The notes under the pieces: generated by a model
Told to the model about the DNA's origin: nothing
Databases searched by the model: none
Seen by the model: only the letters and a program-made list of their open reading frames with translations
Assembly (NCBI GenBank): GCA_951406725.2
Contig: OX597819.1
Location: forward strand, 98,642,001-98,706,000
Length of the DNA stretch: 64,000 bases
Origin: Octopus vulgaris
Lineage: Eukaryota
Direction: 5' to 3'
Shown: piece by piece, positions 12,301 through 24,585 of the stretch
Position numbering within the stretch: the stretch's first letter is position 1
Layout of the letters: each line of letters starts with the position of its first letter
Position numbers and translations under genes: made by a program

Positions 12301-15300
12301 ATAAGAACAACTCCTAATCCTCTTTTACTTTGATATATAGCAGCTGGACTAGCTCTCTTTCATATTTTATTACGACGTTACTTCAGTCCCTGCAAGATGT
12401 ATTAACATTATTCTACACTAATTTAGGCCTCCGATCCTTTTGTACCACTTTCTTCAATCTTTATTCTTTCTGTTCAATGTCTTTTTATGGTTTCATCAGG
12501 AAGAGAAAGCCAGCGGTCGTCACACTCCATGACATTTAAAAGTGATTGTAGGAAATTTATCGTCGCATCGAACATCTGACAAGAATGTCAACAATAGTGA
12601 ACCTCGCTAAAATTATCCAAGGAACAAGTAGTGGAGTTAAACGAGATGACGGATTAAGTAAAAAAAAATCCAGCGTCGGTTTCTTCTACATAGTTCTTAT
12701 TTCCAAAGTTTCATTCGCAAGAGTTGGATCGATTTGGGCCTGTAATAGAGAACACTTGCTTTAAGTGCCAGCAGTATGATGGAAACTGAAACTTCATACT
12801 TGCAAAGCGAAGTTTTTAATCACAAACACAAAATACAAAACCACCCTTTTACGTACATTCTACTCTTTCTTTCACTATCTCTCTTAGTCTCTCGTCTACA
12901 TCTATCTCAAAATTTATTTTCCAAACTTCCAAATAGTACCTTCTCAAAGAGAGCTGTGAATATCTAGAGGTTGATATGAACTATAACGCACTGTACATTC
13001 TCAGAAAGCTGCGAAAGAAATTAACTCTTTTGTTCAAGCACTGAAGTATTAAAGATAATTTTCCCAGAATTCTTGATAAACTGCTTCGTTTTTGGATTTG
13101 GTTTGCAAGATTCTTTATATGAGTTCGTACGTTGAAGCATATTCTGTTGTGTCTGGGGAGAGTAATTTTCTTTCTGTGCCTTATGATATAACACACTAAC
13201 CGGTAAAATTTCCACTTTTTAAAAATGTTTATTTGATAAACTGTGTTAATAGGAAACAAGGAAACTGTTCTAGTGTCTGAAAGGAATCAACTCAAGTAGT
13301 AAGGTTTATTAATTTAACCATTCTGTCATTTCACCGGGACCAAACGAATGAGCCACGTCGATAACACAAATAAAAACCTCCGTGTCACAAGAAATGATAC
13401 GGCTCTTTGTTACAGGGGTCTTTCTTGGCAAGCACACGTCCCTGACATAACAAAAATTGCATAAAAACACTGACCTTCTTTCAAGGACCAGAAAATATTT
13501 GATCCCTCGACGACTGCACACCTTCAAATATAACCCACGATGGAGTCTTACTACTGTCACATCTGACTCAACCGGAGTGGGTTATCCCCCAAATCAAAGT
13601 TTCTCGTACGTTCTAAAAGATAGCAGTACTCAACCCATTAAATATTACATTAAAATATTCGAATCGCTCCTCTGTAAGTCTGTTTATTGTTCTGGCAAAG
13701 AAGTGTTTATCGCCTTAAATATTATAATATACGCGACATATCTAATATTTAAGGAAGTTGTTTGCTGCCTTAAATATTTTATAACAAACCTCACAGTTCT
13801 AAATCTGAAATATTTACTGCCTTAAACATTGAATAGTGCGACACAGTTTTAAATCTCCAGTGCTTATTGCTTTAAATATATAACATATTACTAAAGTGCT
13901 TCTTGCCTTAAATATTCTTTTCTACTCTAGGCACAAGGCCCGAAATTTTGTGGGAGGGGTTCAGTCAATTACATCGATCCCAGTTCGCAACTGGTACTTA
14001 ATTTATCAACCGCGAAAGGATGAAAGGCAAAATCGACCTCGGTGGAATTTGAACAAAGAACGTAAAGACAGACGAAATATCTATTACTTTACTACCCACA
14101 AGGGGCTAAACACAGAGAGGACAAACAAGGACAGACAAACGGATTAAGTCGATTACATCGACCCCAGTACACAACTGGTACTTAATTTATCGACCCCGAA
14201 AGGATAAAAGGCAAAGTCGACCTCGGCGGAACTTGAACTCAGAACGTAACGGCAGACGAAATACCGCTAAGCATTTCGCTCGGCGTGCTAACGTTTCTTA
14301 TTTCTTTATTGTCCACAAGGGACTGAACATAGAGGGGACAAACAAGGACAGACAAAGGGATTAAGCCGATTAGATCGACCCCAGTGCGTAACTGGCACTT
14401 AATTTGTCGACCCCGGAAGGATGAAAGGCAAAGTCGACCTCGGCAGAACGTAGCGACAGAGGAAATACCTATTTCTTTACTACCCACAAGGGGCTAAACA
14501 CAGAGAGGACAAACAAGGACTGACAAACGAATTAAGTCGATTATATCGACCCCAGTGCGTAAATGGTACTTATTTAATCGACCCCGAATGGATAAAAGCA
14601 AAGTCGACCTCGGCGGAATTTGAACTCAGTACGTAGCGGCAGACGAAATACAGCTACGCATTTCGCCCGGCGTGCTAACGTTTCTGCCAGCTCGCCGCCT
14701 TTCCTGCCTTAAATATTATATAACATACCTCATAGTTCTACATCTGAAATGCTTACTGCCTTAAACAAAATATAACATACGTAACTGTTCTGAGTCTGAT
14801 GTGTTTACTCCTTAAACATTGTACACCACAATGAAAACAATGTTATAAAGGATTAATAGGTTTTAACTTCAGGACCAGAAAATATCTTTTCTTTTGAACC
14901 GTTGCCGAATTTCCTTAATACAATCCCCAATCAGGAACCTTTCACATACCTGATAGATACCCACCCCTAAAAATAAAAGAATACGTGGCTGATTGGTTAA
15001 ATTTACTTTTTATTACGCTCCCACTGCACAACGCTATGCCTACATTCTCTCTCCCTCTCATACTCCTCTCTCTCCAACCCCTCTCTCTCCTACTCTCTGT
15101 CTCCTACCGCCTCTCTCGCTTACTCTCTCTCTCCTACACCTCTCTCTCTTACTCCATCTCTCTCTCCTACTCCCTCTCTCTTTCCTACCCCTTCTCTGTT
15201 TCTTCCATGTGTCTCTTTCTGCTGTACTATAATAGCGCCTGAACTTCAAAGCTATTAAATATATTCTGCTCATTTGGTTCGCTCAATTCTTGCCACTCAA

Positions 15301-15889
15301 ACAACTCTTATGAAAAAAATGCATTCGATGCTTAGCCCGTCACAGAACTGCAGCCTTCGGCTCACATTCTCCCGACATGAATCTATACGAATGATGATCA
15401 ATGAGTTCATTCCAGCTGCAAGAGTCTTGTATTATCTTTAAGTGTCTAGGATTACATTACATAATAAGTTCTCCCCATTTTAAAGATTATAAATGTACTT
15501 CGAAGGAAATTTTGTTACTGTTTATAGGCGTGAGCAGCCTTCTTTGATGTTGAAGGAAGTGAAACTGTTGATATAACGAGAGAAGATATGTTAGTCAACG
15601 TGTGGCCATCCCCCAAAAATAATGCGGTTTTTTTAAATACTTCTTTCATTTTTCAAAATTAAGATATCTGACGTGTTGTTATAATATGTGGATTACTTGT
15701 GAAGTGACACTAATAAGTGTTGCTGTGTATTTCTAGGGTGGACTCTACGTCTTACAAATAATAGACTGGTACTGTGCTAGTCTTACTCTGATGTTGATAT
15801 TGTTTCTTGAAATCATTGCAGTTGCCTGGGTTTACGGTAAGATCATCATCATTATCATTATATCGTCATCGTCGTCGTCGTCGTTGTCG

Positions 15890-15934
<45 letters not shown>

Positions 15935-18207
15935 ATCCCCTCCTACTTATCATCATCCTCATCATCTTCGTCATCGTCAACATCATTAGCATCTTCATCA
16001 TCGTCAACATCATTATTGTCCTAATGAGAATTTTGTCCATTTTCATTCGCTTCTATGCCAGTGTCAAACTCGAGATAGAAGAAAACGATATAGAATGTTA
16101 TAACACACACACACATGCACACAATGCGTGCACCACTCAAACACCACAAACACATACATACATCATACATACACACACATGCACAGAGCCATATGTAAAC
16201 ACGCACATACATACACACATGCATATACCTATACAAGAAACCTCCGCATTACGGTACCCCAGGTAAGTGTAAAATACCATGACTAATTTCGGAATACGGT
16301 CAGTAATTTCACAATTATGGTAACTAGGATGAGACTCATCGTAATGTGTCGATAATCACGAAGGTAATTAAGAAACCTTTGTGTAGTGATTTGCAGAAAA
16401 TGGAAGTTGGTACTTTTAATGAAAAGCTTTTTCTGGCCAGTAAAGGTTGGTTTGGAAGGTTTAATAAAGCGTTTGATATTGTTAATACAGAAGCTGCTTC
16501 CCAGAGCTTCTGAAAAATTAAATAATAATTGTTAAAGAGTGCTACACACCAGAGCAAGCATATACTGATGATGCAACTGCACCTTTCTGGAAGCTCATGG
16601 TTGCTGGAAGTTTTCTTCGAAAAGAAAAAGCAATGCCAGGAATAAAAGCTTTTCAAACCGTCTGGTGCTTCTTCTGGGAGGCAATGCTGCTGATAATGTG
16701 AAATTAAAGACATTATTCGTATATCGTTCCAAAAAATGTAACAGATTACAAGGATTGCTCAAAGTTTAATCTGTCTCTGATTTGTTCTAAATGTAAAGGC
16801 AAGGACGACTAAGAGCCTCTTAAAGAGTGGTTTCCAAATATTCTGTGTTCTGCTGCTGGGAGGCACAGTGCCAGACATATTTCCAACAAACATTGCTCTT
16901 TATAGACAATTCACTAAGCCATCCAGCTTAAATGAACTTTCTGGTAATGTGAGTATAATATATCCTCCCAAATACAACTTCTTTGCTCAGCCACAGGATT
17001 AAGGTGTGATAGCTGACGTCAAGACATTATCTGAGAATAGCTTTCAAATTACTTGTGAATGCAGTTGACAAAGATGATTAACCTACTGTTAGAGGCTTCT
17101 GGAAGAAGTTCAATATAACGGATGCTATGGATTACAAAGCTGAGTTGTGTGATGAAATGAAACTCTCAACTATAAATGATGTTTGGAAAATATATGGCCA
17201 GACTGTATCAGTAACTTTGCAAGTTCTTCACAAGCAGAAACTCTACATTAAAGTTAGTCGGAAAGTTATTGTGACAATGGCAAATGATATCATGTTTGAA
17301 GAAATCATTGAGGATGACGTGAATGAATTTATAATGTCCCATAGAGAAAATTTATCAAACGAGGGGGGCTGATGCTGTTAGCACAAGTGCAAGTTGAGAT
17401 CACAGAAGGGAATATGAAAACTTCCACAATTCCATTAAACTGACTGCGAAAGATATTGCTAAAGGTTTGCAAGTTTTTGTTGATAACAACCTTAATCGCG
17501 AAAGTAAAATATTAAAAGAGGTGCTCAGCCAGTTGCATGTTAATTTTTCGAGCTGGCTGTTCGTTGAACGGATCAACTGGAACACTCGTCGTCGTAACCA
17601 ACGGAGTGCCAGTATGAATATTTGTATAGGAGGTTGTGTAGAGTTTCAGAGGACTGAGAAGAGTTACATATTAAAAAGCAACTATTAAAAGGCTTTGAGA
17701 GTCGTAAGAGGAACTTTAAATATAATTACGTTCGTAATATATTTCTGTAAAGAATATTAACAAAACCATTTACTTACAAGAGGATCGTGATACATAGATG
17801 AGTTAGAAATATATTTCTATAATGGACATTAACAGCATTATTATATTTTGTAGGAGCCAGAAGACTAGAAAATGATATCAGCCTAATGTTGGGCCGAAGA
17901 CCTTGGCCAGTTTGGAAACCTTTGTGGACTGTCATCAATCCACTGTGTCTTCTTGTAAGTTCTTTATTAATCCCATCTGTAACAAATCCTATTTTATATA
18001 CGATTTATACACCACTACAGTATATAGGTCTGTTATACACTTCAATAGTTACAAGTTCACTGTCGTTCAGCCTCAGAACAGAGTCAAACCAATAGAACTG
18101 GTTTATCACAAACACTGCTGTTTAATTTAGGTACATACTTGTTCGTGATAATTGGAGTGTGTGAGTGTTTGTCGATATCTTTGTTTTGTTTGTTTTTTGT
18201 TTGTTTG

Positions 18208-18255
<48 letters not shown>

Positions 18256-18790
18256 TGTGTGTACGTATGTATATGTAAGATAATATATGCTTATTACAAT
18301 ACGTAAGACGTAATATTGTATTATATTTGTATTACAGATTCTTTGGACATCGAGTTTAATATCCTTCAAACATTTATTTTATGGCGACGGTACTATGTTT
18401 CCAAAATGGACTCACTATGTTGGTTATGGTATTGCTCTACTTACCATCATTCCAGTGCCAGTAATGGGTGTACAACAAATCATGAAGCATACAGGATCAT
18501 TTGTAAATGTAAGTAATCTTTCCACACATCTTAGATGAAACTGTGATTTGTAGATAACACAATGTTTGAGACTTGTCGGCGATTATTTGTATGCCGACGT
18601 AGTTAATATAATACACATACAGTCGGTGGTAGTAGTAGTCGTAATGATAATGATGATTACAGGGTGTTGCGTTGCTGATGGGGATAATGATGACAGATAG
18701 ACGCTCGGATTAACCGGGAGACGCACCCTTATACTGTTCTTTGTATTGGTATGCTCATAGATAAATATATAATTTGACAGACAGATAGAC

Positions 18791-18842
<52 letters not shown>

Positions 18843-18859
18843 GTCTATCTGTCTGTCAA

Positions 18860-18903
<44 letters not shown>

Positions 18904-19070
18904 ATATAAAATAGTGTACATTTAAACACAAGAGAAAACTACCTTTAACAGGTCATTTTTACACGCTAGAGGAAGCAGTCAAAACGACCAAAACCGCATT
19001 TAAGAACAATTTTCGAAGGGACTGAAAAATAAAATCTTTTACCTTGTTATTTTTTACGGTTATACCTAGA

Positions 19071-19118
<48 letters not shown>

Positions 19119-19386
19119 TTCTTTTTGGGAACGGTAAAACTCGAAGCAGATAAATCTGTAAATAATAACGTGTAAATATTTGGTTAATTAACCCCTTGGA
19201 AAGAAAAAGTCGAAGGTTGCATATGGCTGTGTTAATGTTAATTAGTATATTTGGTTCTTATTTTCGTAGAGATTGAAGCAAAGCTTAAAGCCAACCATGG
19301 AGTGGTGTCCAGCAGAGACAAGAGCTGAACTCAACAAAGACGATATCATTAACTCCACTGAAGAAGTTGCAAGTCATTTTTTGTGA
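3225..19386 (+). CDS. SLC6/NSS family sodium:neurotransmitter (amino acid) symporter, 3' part (TM5 to C-terminus), 9 exons; 5' exons not seen and presumably upstream of the window
   Basis: Exons 3225-3359, 6897-7000, 8650-8774, 9369-9481, 12122-12256, 15737-15836, 17854-17954, 18338-18508 and 19270-19386 all have AG/GT boundaries and compatible phases. They join into one open frame with SLC6 motifs ([45 protein letters not shown]...I.D.Y). Confidence 0.95.
3715..4030 (-). mobile_element. Two degenerate SINE family A copies
   Basis: actggtactt..ttatc..ccc.aaag.atgaa..gcaa..tc.acctcgg.ggaat core seen twice. Confidence 0.7.
6050..6354 (+). mobile_element. tRNA-derived SINE, family C
   Basis: A-box (TGACCTAGTGGTTAG), B-box (GGTTCGAATC) and (AAC)-type tail; related partial copies on - at ~9845-10025 and ~37905-38090. 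Confidence 0.8.
6577..6745 (+). repeat. Partial copy of the dispersed repeat that also occurs at 31505-31670
   Basis: agcaaatattctgctcaataccaca.atttgctt.tcag...tgagcatgtccctta...tctttgggg shared between the two loci. Confidence 0.85.
6897..7000 (+). CDS. SLC6 exon (TM6): [35 protein letters not shown]
   Basis: ttcaag| acceptor, |gtaata donor, 104 nt; QIF.S and SSYN.F.NNC motifs. Confidence 0.95.
7860..8075 (-). mobile_element. SINE family A
   Basis: Reverse complement of family A, ending ...gccagttcgccgcc. Confidence 0.85.
8650..8774 (+). CDS. SLC6 exon (TM7): [41 protein letters not shown]
   Basis: ttacag| acceptor, |gtacat donor, 125 nt; TS...G...FS.LGYMA motif. Confidence 0.95.
8840..9250 (+). 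mobile_element. Two tandem SINE family A copies (8840-9055, 9083-9250)
   Basis: Head, B-box and core motif present twice. Confidence 0.85.
9369..9481 (+). CDS. SLC6 exon (EL4-TM8): [38 protein letters not shown]
   Basis: tgccag| acceptor, |gtacgt donor, 113 nt; GPG..F..YP and GLDS motifs. Confidence 0.95.
9845..10025 (-). mobile_element. SINE family C-related fragment
   Basis: Reverse complement of a tRNA-like head (agtggttagggcagcggactcgcggtcgtaag...ggtttcgattcc). Confidence 0.7.
10155..11424 (+). mobile_element. Near full-length mariner (DD34D, irritans-like) transposon, inactivated
   Basis: TIRs cgaggggcgttcaataagtaatg / cattacttattgaacgcccctcg with TA on both sides. Transposase from ATG 10323 ([22 protein letters not shown]) with frameshift, stops and a deletion in the YSPDL motif. 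Confidence 0.95.
11693..11885. repeat. Inverted pair of SINE family B 3' ends (foldback)
   Basis: Arm 11693-11772 is the imperfect reverse complement of arm 11803-11885. Confidence 0.8.
12122..12256 (+). CDS. SLC6 exon (TM8 end-TM9): [45 protein letters not shown]
   Basis: tttcag| acceptor, |gtaaga donor, 135 nt, in phase with neighbouring exons. Confidence 0.93.
13695..14820. repeat. Degenerate ~55-bp minisatellite (..tactgccttaaatatt..ataaca..cagttct..atctga..) interrupted by a SINE multimer
   Basis: GCCTTAAA(T/C)A motif recurring at roughly 55-bp spacing at 13695-13917 and 14703-14820. Confidence 0.7.
13918..14700 (-). mobile_element. Head-to-tail tetramer of SINE family A
   Basis: The core gaaaggat.aaaggcaaagtcgacctcggc occurs four times; only the last unit has the full head (..ccagctcgccgcc at 14700). 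Confidence 0.9.
15737..15836 (+). CDS. SLC6 exon (TM10): [33 protein letters not shown]
   Basis: ttctag| acceptor, |gtaaga donor, 100 nt; GG.Y...D.Y and E...V.WVYG motifs. Confidence 0.95.
16250..17790 (+). mobile_element. Highly degenerate pogo/Tigger-like transposase remnant in an SLC6 intron
   Basis: [11 protein letters not shown]-like (16430-16465), L.IDN...HP and PPNTTSLL.P.D.GVI-like (16960-17010) motifs in broken frames; boundaries approximate. Confidence 0.65.
17854..17954 (+). CDS. SLC6 exon (IL5-TM11): [34 protein letters not shown]
   Basis: ttgtag| acceptor, |gtaagt donor, 101 nt; DI..MLG..P...W...W...P motif. Confidence 0.95.
18338..18508 (+). CDS. SLC6 exon (TM12): [57 protein letters not shown]
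   Basis: ttacag| acceptor, |gtaagt donor, 171 nt; Y....FP.W...G...A motif. Confidence 0.92.
18772..18861. repeat. Perfect 90-bp palindrome centred on (AT)24
   Basis: atttgacagacagatagacag-(AT)24-ctgtctatctgtctgtcaaat. Confidence 0.95.
19270..19386 (+). CDS. SLC6 terminal exon: [38 protein letters not shown]
   Basis: tcgtag| acceptor, RL....P...W.P motif typical of SLC6 C-termini, TGA stop at 19384-19386. Confidence 0.9.
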   Translation, partial: RLKQSLKPTMEWCPAETRAELNKDDIINSTEEVASHFL

Positions 19387-20246
19387 AAATCCCTTCTGTG
19401 CATGAAGAGATCATCTATAATATATATATAATTAAATATAAAATATTTAAATATTAATGACTAATAGAATTTTAGAGTCCATGCTGGTAAAATCATGAAA
19501 AATGGAGGACGAAGCAAATCAGTCTAGAGGAAGGACATTCGTACATAAAAGGTCAAGCAATATAAAGCATAAAAAATATTTTAGATATCAAAGTGACGTG
19601 TAAAAGAACACAATCTAAAAACATGAAGACTTGGCAATAACTTAGACATAAACTCGAGCAAATTTTACTGTGAATTTGTTGTAGGTTGATTTTACTGCCA
19701 TATATAACTAATTTATGTATTATTCTATTTATTAACTAATTATGTACTACTATTATTATTTATAACCTATTTTCAAATTTCTAATTATTAATTAATAATT
19801 AAAAGAATGAATATTTTAAAGGGCAAAATATATTTTGAGTTATCTCTTTATTTTTAATAGAAGTAAAAAGTAATAACATATAGAAGTGATAACTTGTAAT
19901 AAAATCTAATATTTTCTAAATCTAGATATTTTATTTGAAATTTTATCCTTAGCGGCAATATTTTAATTACAAATTTTCTTGTTTTGTACTTTACCCGATT
20001 GAATAAATTGTTCTGAACTTATCCAAGTGTAATAACTGGTCCTGTACTTTTCCAGGTTTATAATCTTAAGAATATTATTTCTCTTGCTCGCATTTTTCCA
20101 TGTAATAAAATATATTATTAATCTTTACAACTGCTCATCTTTTTTCCGACTGTGAACACCCCAACCCCCACACATATTTACTTATATATATATATATAAT
20201 TATATCTGCGTGTTTAGTGTTCATTGTGTGTATGCATATATATATC

Positions 20247-20304
<58 letters not shown>

Positions 20305-21881
20305 AAGGTGTAATGTGGAAGTGCTAGGTAGTACTACACACTAGAAAACGACACCTCAATACATAACTTTATTTTCCTTTACTTTTATATTTTGAGTTTA
20401 TTTCCATGATTACATTCCTCTTTATATATATATACCTATTTTTACATAATGAATTTACCTACCATATATACTATTCTACTTTGCATAAAACTTTAGCTAT
20501 ATTGGTACTTCTGGCTCTCGTTTTTTAAGTATTCTAATGCGTCAATATTCTACAAAGATGATGGTACCTTTTTTAATTATAATTTTACTTTGTAAATGAA
20601 GATCAAATGAGTTTTAATATTCAAATTCTATCCTTAGCTGCAATATTTTAAGTAAAAATTGTCTTGTTTTGTACTTTACCAGATGTAATAAGTTGTCCTG
20701 AACTTTTCCAGGTTTATAATCTTAAGAATATTATTTCGCTTGCTCTCATTTTTCCATGTAATCCATGTTTTTTCCAGGTTATGCTATGATGCTAATTAAT
20801 AATGTGTCAATTAATAATCTAAGATTTTACTTTATTGAAAATTGAATTCGATAAACTTTCAAAGAACAACAGCTACTAATATTACCCATCCACATCAAAT
20901 TAATGGCAGAGAATTTTGCCATTTCAAAGGTTGCACTATGGTTCACCAATCGGTAACAAACAAAAAGACCCAAAACCATCAGTTACCAGGCTCACCTTAA
21001 GTAACCTAGATTTTGAGTTGGTGATAATAGCAATGACTGCTGCTGATCTAGATCTATCAATAATGATTCAATACAACAGTAATTATGAAAGCATATCACA
21101 TATACACAAGTGAAAATTACCTTCATTCCCATACTACAAAAATTGATATATGAAAATCCTTTTAAATTAATTTCGATATTAAATATTACGTTTAGAATAT
21201 AATCACTTTATAATAATGCCTTTTCTGGACAGCCTTACTACATGCTTTCAGGCTGCCTATAGAAACAGCCAAAAATGACTATATTCTTTCCCCAATAAAA
21301 TTAGATGTGTACATATGAAGCATATAAAACATTAATGAACTAGCCTGATTATATAATTAACTAAAAAGAAAAAGGGAAGCAACTAAAAAGGAATTAGCAA
21401 AAAGCGTAGAAAGCAAGTAAAGCTGAAAGTGAAAATTAATAAAAGTTAGACTTACTTAAGTGCACTAGCATATTAAAAATAATTTTATCAATTAAATATT
21501 AAAGTTTAAAAATAAGTTGTAAAATATAAGCACTTTTGACTAATGCCTTCTCTGAACAGCCTTACTACATGACTTCAGTACTGCCCATACAGACACAGCT
21601 AGAAATGCCTATATTCTATCAAGTGAATTTTGGATTTTAAAGAAAATAAAGATAAAAAAATTATTCAAATTTATTATCTTGCAATTATTAATAAATGATA
21701 TGCATGTTTATAAGCAAGAAATTATTGATTTCATAAGAAGGAACAACAACTACAGTATAATCATCTTGAATTTGCAATATGGCTCACCAAACGATAGTAA
21801 ATTGCAAGAACCCAAAATGTTCAGTCACCAGGCTCACCTTAAATCACATAGATCTTGTGTTGATGAAAACATATATAAAAT

Positions 21882-23540
21882 GTTTCATTAAAGACGATAT
21901 GGACATGCAAGAGGATCTACCAAAAACCACCAACGAAGAAGCACTATTAGTTTCCTTCGATGTCATCAACCTATACACCAACATTCCACATGACTACGGA
22001 ATAGAGGCAATAAAGTTCTGGTTAGAAAAATACTCCGAAGTTCCCCCGGACCCCATAAACCTAGATTTTTGTCATTGAATCTCTGAAGTTCATCCTACAA
22101 AACAATTACTTCCTATTCGATGAAACATGCTATCACCAAAAATGCGGTATTGCGATGGGAACAAAAAAAGCAACGACTGTCCTTGCGAACCTAATAATGG
22201 GTTTCTTTGAATCTACTCTATATGAATTTTCGCTCCAAAAATTTGGATCCCTATTCCACCAGTATATAAGAGAAAACTGGAGAAGGTACTTAGACGATTG
22301 TTTTATCATCAGGAATGAAACCTATGATATCCTTCACTGAACAATATAAACGCCAATATTCAATTTACAATGGAATATAGCAATGAACAGCTCCCATTTC
22401 TGGACATTTTGATTATAAAAAAATCCAACAATGAAATTGCCACCGACATCTACCACAAACCAACATATTCAAAACAGTATCTCCTTTTCAGCTCATGCCA
22501 TCCTAAACACACCAAAATAAATATCCCATTCAATCTAGCAAAACATCTGTACAATTGTATCTGATACAGCTACTCGGGAATTTCGCCTACAGGACCTCAA
22601 AATAACACTCATTGAACGCCAATACCCACCCGCATTGATAGACCATGGAACTAGACACAAACACATTAAAGACAACAAAACACAACACCATGCCTCACTT
22701 TAAATCACTCCCATTCATATCAACCCACAACCCTTAGAAACAATGAAGCAACACAATCGTACAAAATCTCCCTCTGCTCATTCACGATCCGAAAAGGAAC
22801 AACATTCTGAATACACATAAACTCCTCAAATGCAAAAGACAACGCAAATCACTTCAGAAACATCTAACAAATGCAAAACTGTAGTCAACACATACGATAC
22901 CAACAGCTAAAGAAATGCGGACGACCTAATTGGGGTACATGTCCAAACCTAAGGCTCACATTCCAGCAAGGAGAAAAATATTTAATTAAAACCAACTTCA
23001 CATGTGCCTCTCAGAAACTAATTTATGTCGTAGCCTGCTCAGGTTGTGGCCACAATTATGTAGGCCAAACGAGCCTTACTTTGAGATGCAGAGTTACACT
23101 ACATAAAGAACAGATTCGTTTTCCTCAAAGCAGGCAGATAGCTCTGAGCGAACTTATTGACAGATGCACAAGAAATAAAACACCGAATTTTCATATTTTC
23201 CCATTATACCAATACAAGGATTCAATCTCCTTACAAGAACGCCTAAACAAGGAAAATCTTAATATATAAACTTGACAACCTGATCCCTACGCTTTGCTAT
23301 TTCAAAATCAAATTTATTTACCACTATTCAATGATGCTGAGGAGGTAGATGTCCCCCTTACCACCTGTTGACTCCTTTTATCCACTCTTTCCATTCAATT
23401 TTACTTCTCAAGAAATGCAAAATGGCGTGATTCCTTATCTCAAGGAATTATTACTTTACAATGACCCTTGAAAAGCTAATGTAAATAGCGAAAACCGGCT
23501 GGATATCACTACATTTTATCAGACTTTTACCATCCATAAA
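21882..23540 (+). mobile_element. Penelope-like retroelement (RT + GIY-YIG endonuclease), 5'-truncated and frameshifted
   Basis: LVSFDVINLYTNIP, GIAMGT, WRRYLDDCF, LPFLDILI, YHKPT..KQYL.F.SCHP, and C....LIYVVAC..C...YVGQT...R...H motifs in the correct order. Confidence 0.9.
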
Positions 23541-23702
23541 ATATGTATACATATTTTTTTATAAAGAGATATTAAAACTTTGTGAAATGAAGGCATTTCT
23601 CTTCCCCGCTTTTGTATATGTTTTCGACATATTTTCGCTTCATAATTTTGCCATGTGGTGTATACTGATTCTCGAGCATTTTTGCTCCTTTTATATTTCT
23701 CC

Positions 23703-23719
23703 TATATATACATATATAT

Positions 23720-23764
<45 letters not shown>

Positions 23765-23795
23765 CATGCATACATATATATACATATATATATAC

Positions 23796-23833
<38 letters not shown>

Positions 23834-23849
23834 GCATACATATATATAC

Positions 23850-23897
<48 letters not shown>

Positions 23898-23953
23898 GCA
23901 TACATATATATACATATATATATACATTTATATATATATATATATATATATAC

Positions 23954-23988
<35 letters not shown>

Positions 23989-24038
23989 TATATAAATATA
24001 TATATAAATATACACATATATACATATATATACAAATG

Positions 24039-24098
<60 letters not shown>
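23703..24098. repeat. Complex (TA)n microsatellite with higher-order repeats
   Basis: Directly visible; a further (TA)n tract at 24489-24581. Confidence 0.95.
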
Positions 24099-24104
<6 letters not shown>

Positions 24105-24484
24105 CATGAACTTCATTAGCCCACAGATATTTTCTGCTACAATGGTATGAACAATTGCAGAAGAACCTATTTCTGTAGTAAACATTTTCCTAGAAGAGGG
24201 CATGCTTTCTATTGTGGCAGTTGCGATTATTTTCATTATTGTCAACGGAATTTTGGTTTAGTTTCGCTTGGTTGGAAGTAGCTATTATTTAAGAGAAGTT
24301 ATGCGTCGTAGAGTAAGACATTTTTATGATATTATTATGCATTAGTTTGTATTTTTTGTATTTTTTATCAGCTAGACGGAAAATATTTTCGTAAAAGTTG
24401 AAATAGACTTTTGCTAACGGGTTTTTACTTGTATGGTGGTTTGTCCCATATACTTCTTTTTCTCTTTCTGTGGAGTTATATAAC

Positions 24485-24585
<101 letters not shown>

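Noticed and set aside
13695-14820. CRISPR-like repeat-spacer array
   Set aside because: Eukaryotic context, degenerate units with related 'spacers', no cas genes; it is a minisatellite plus SINEs
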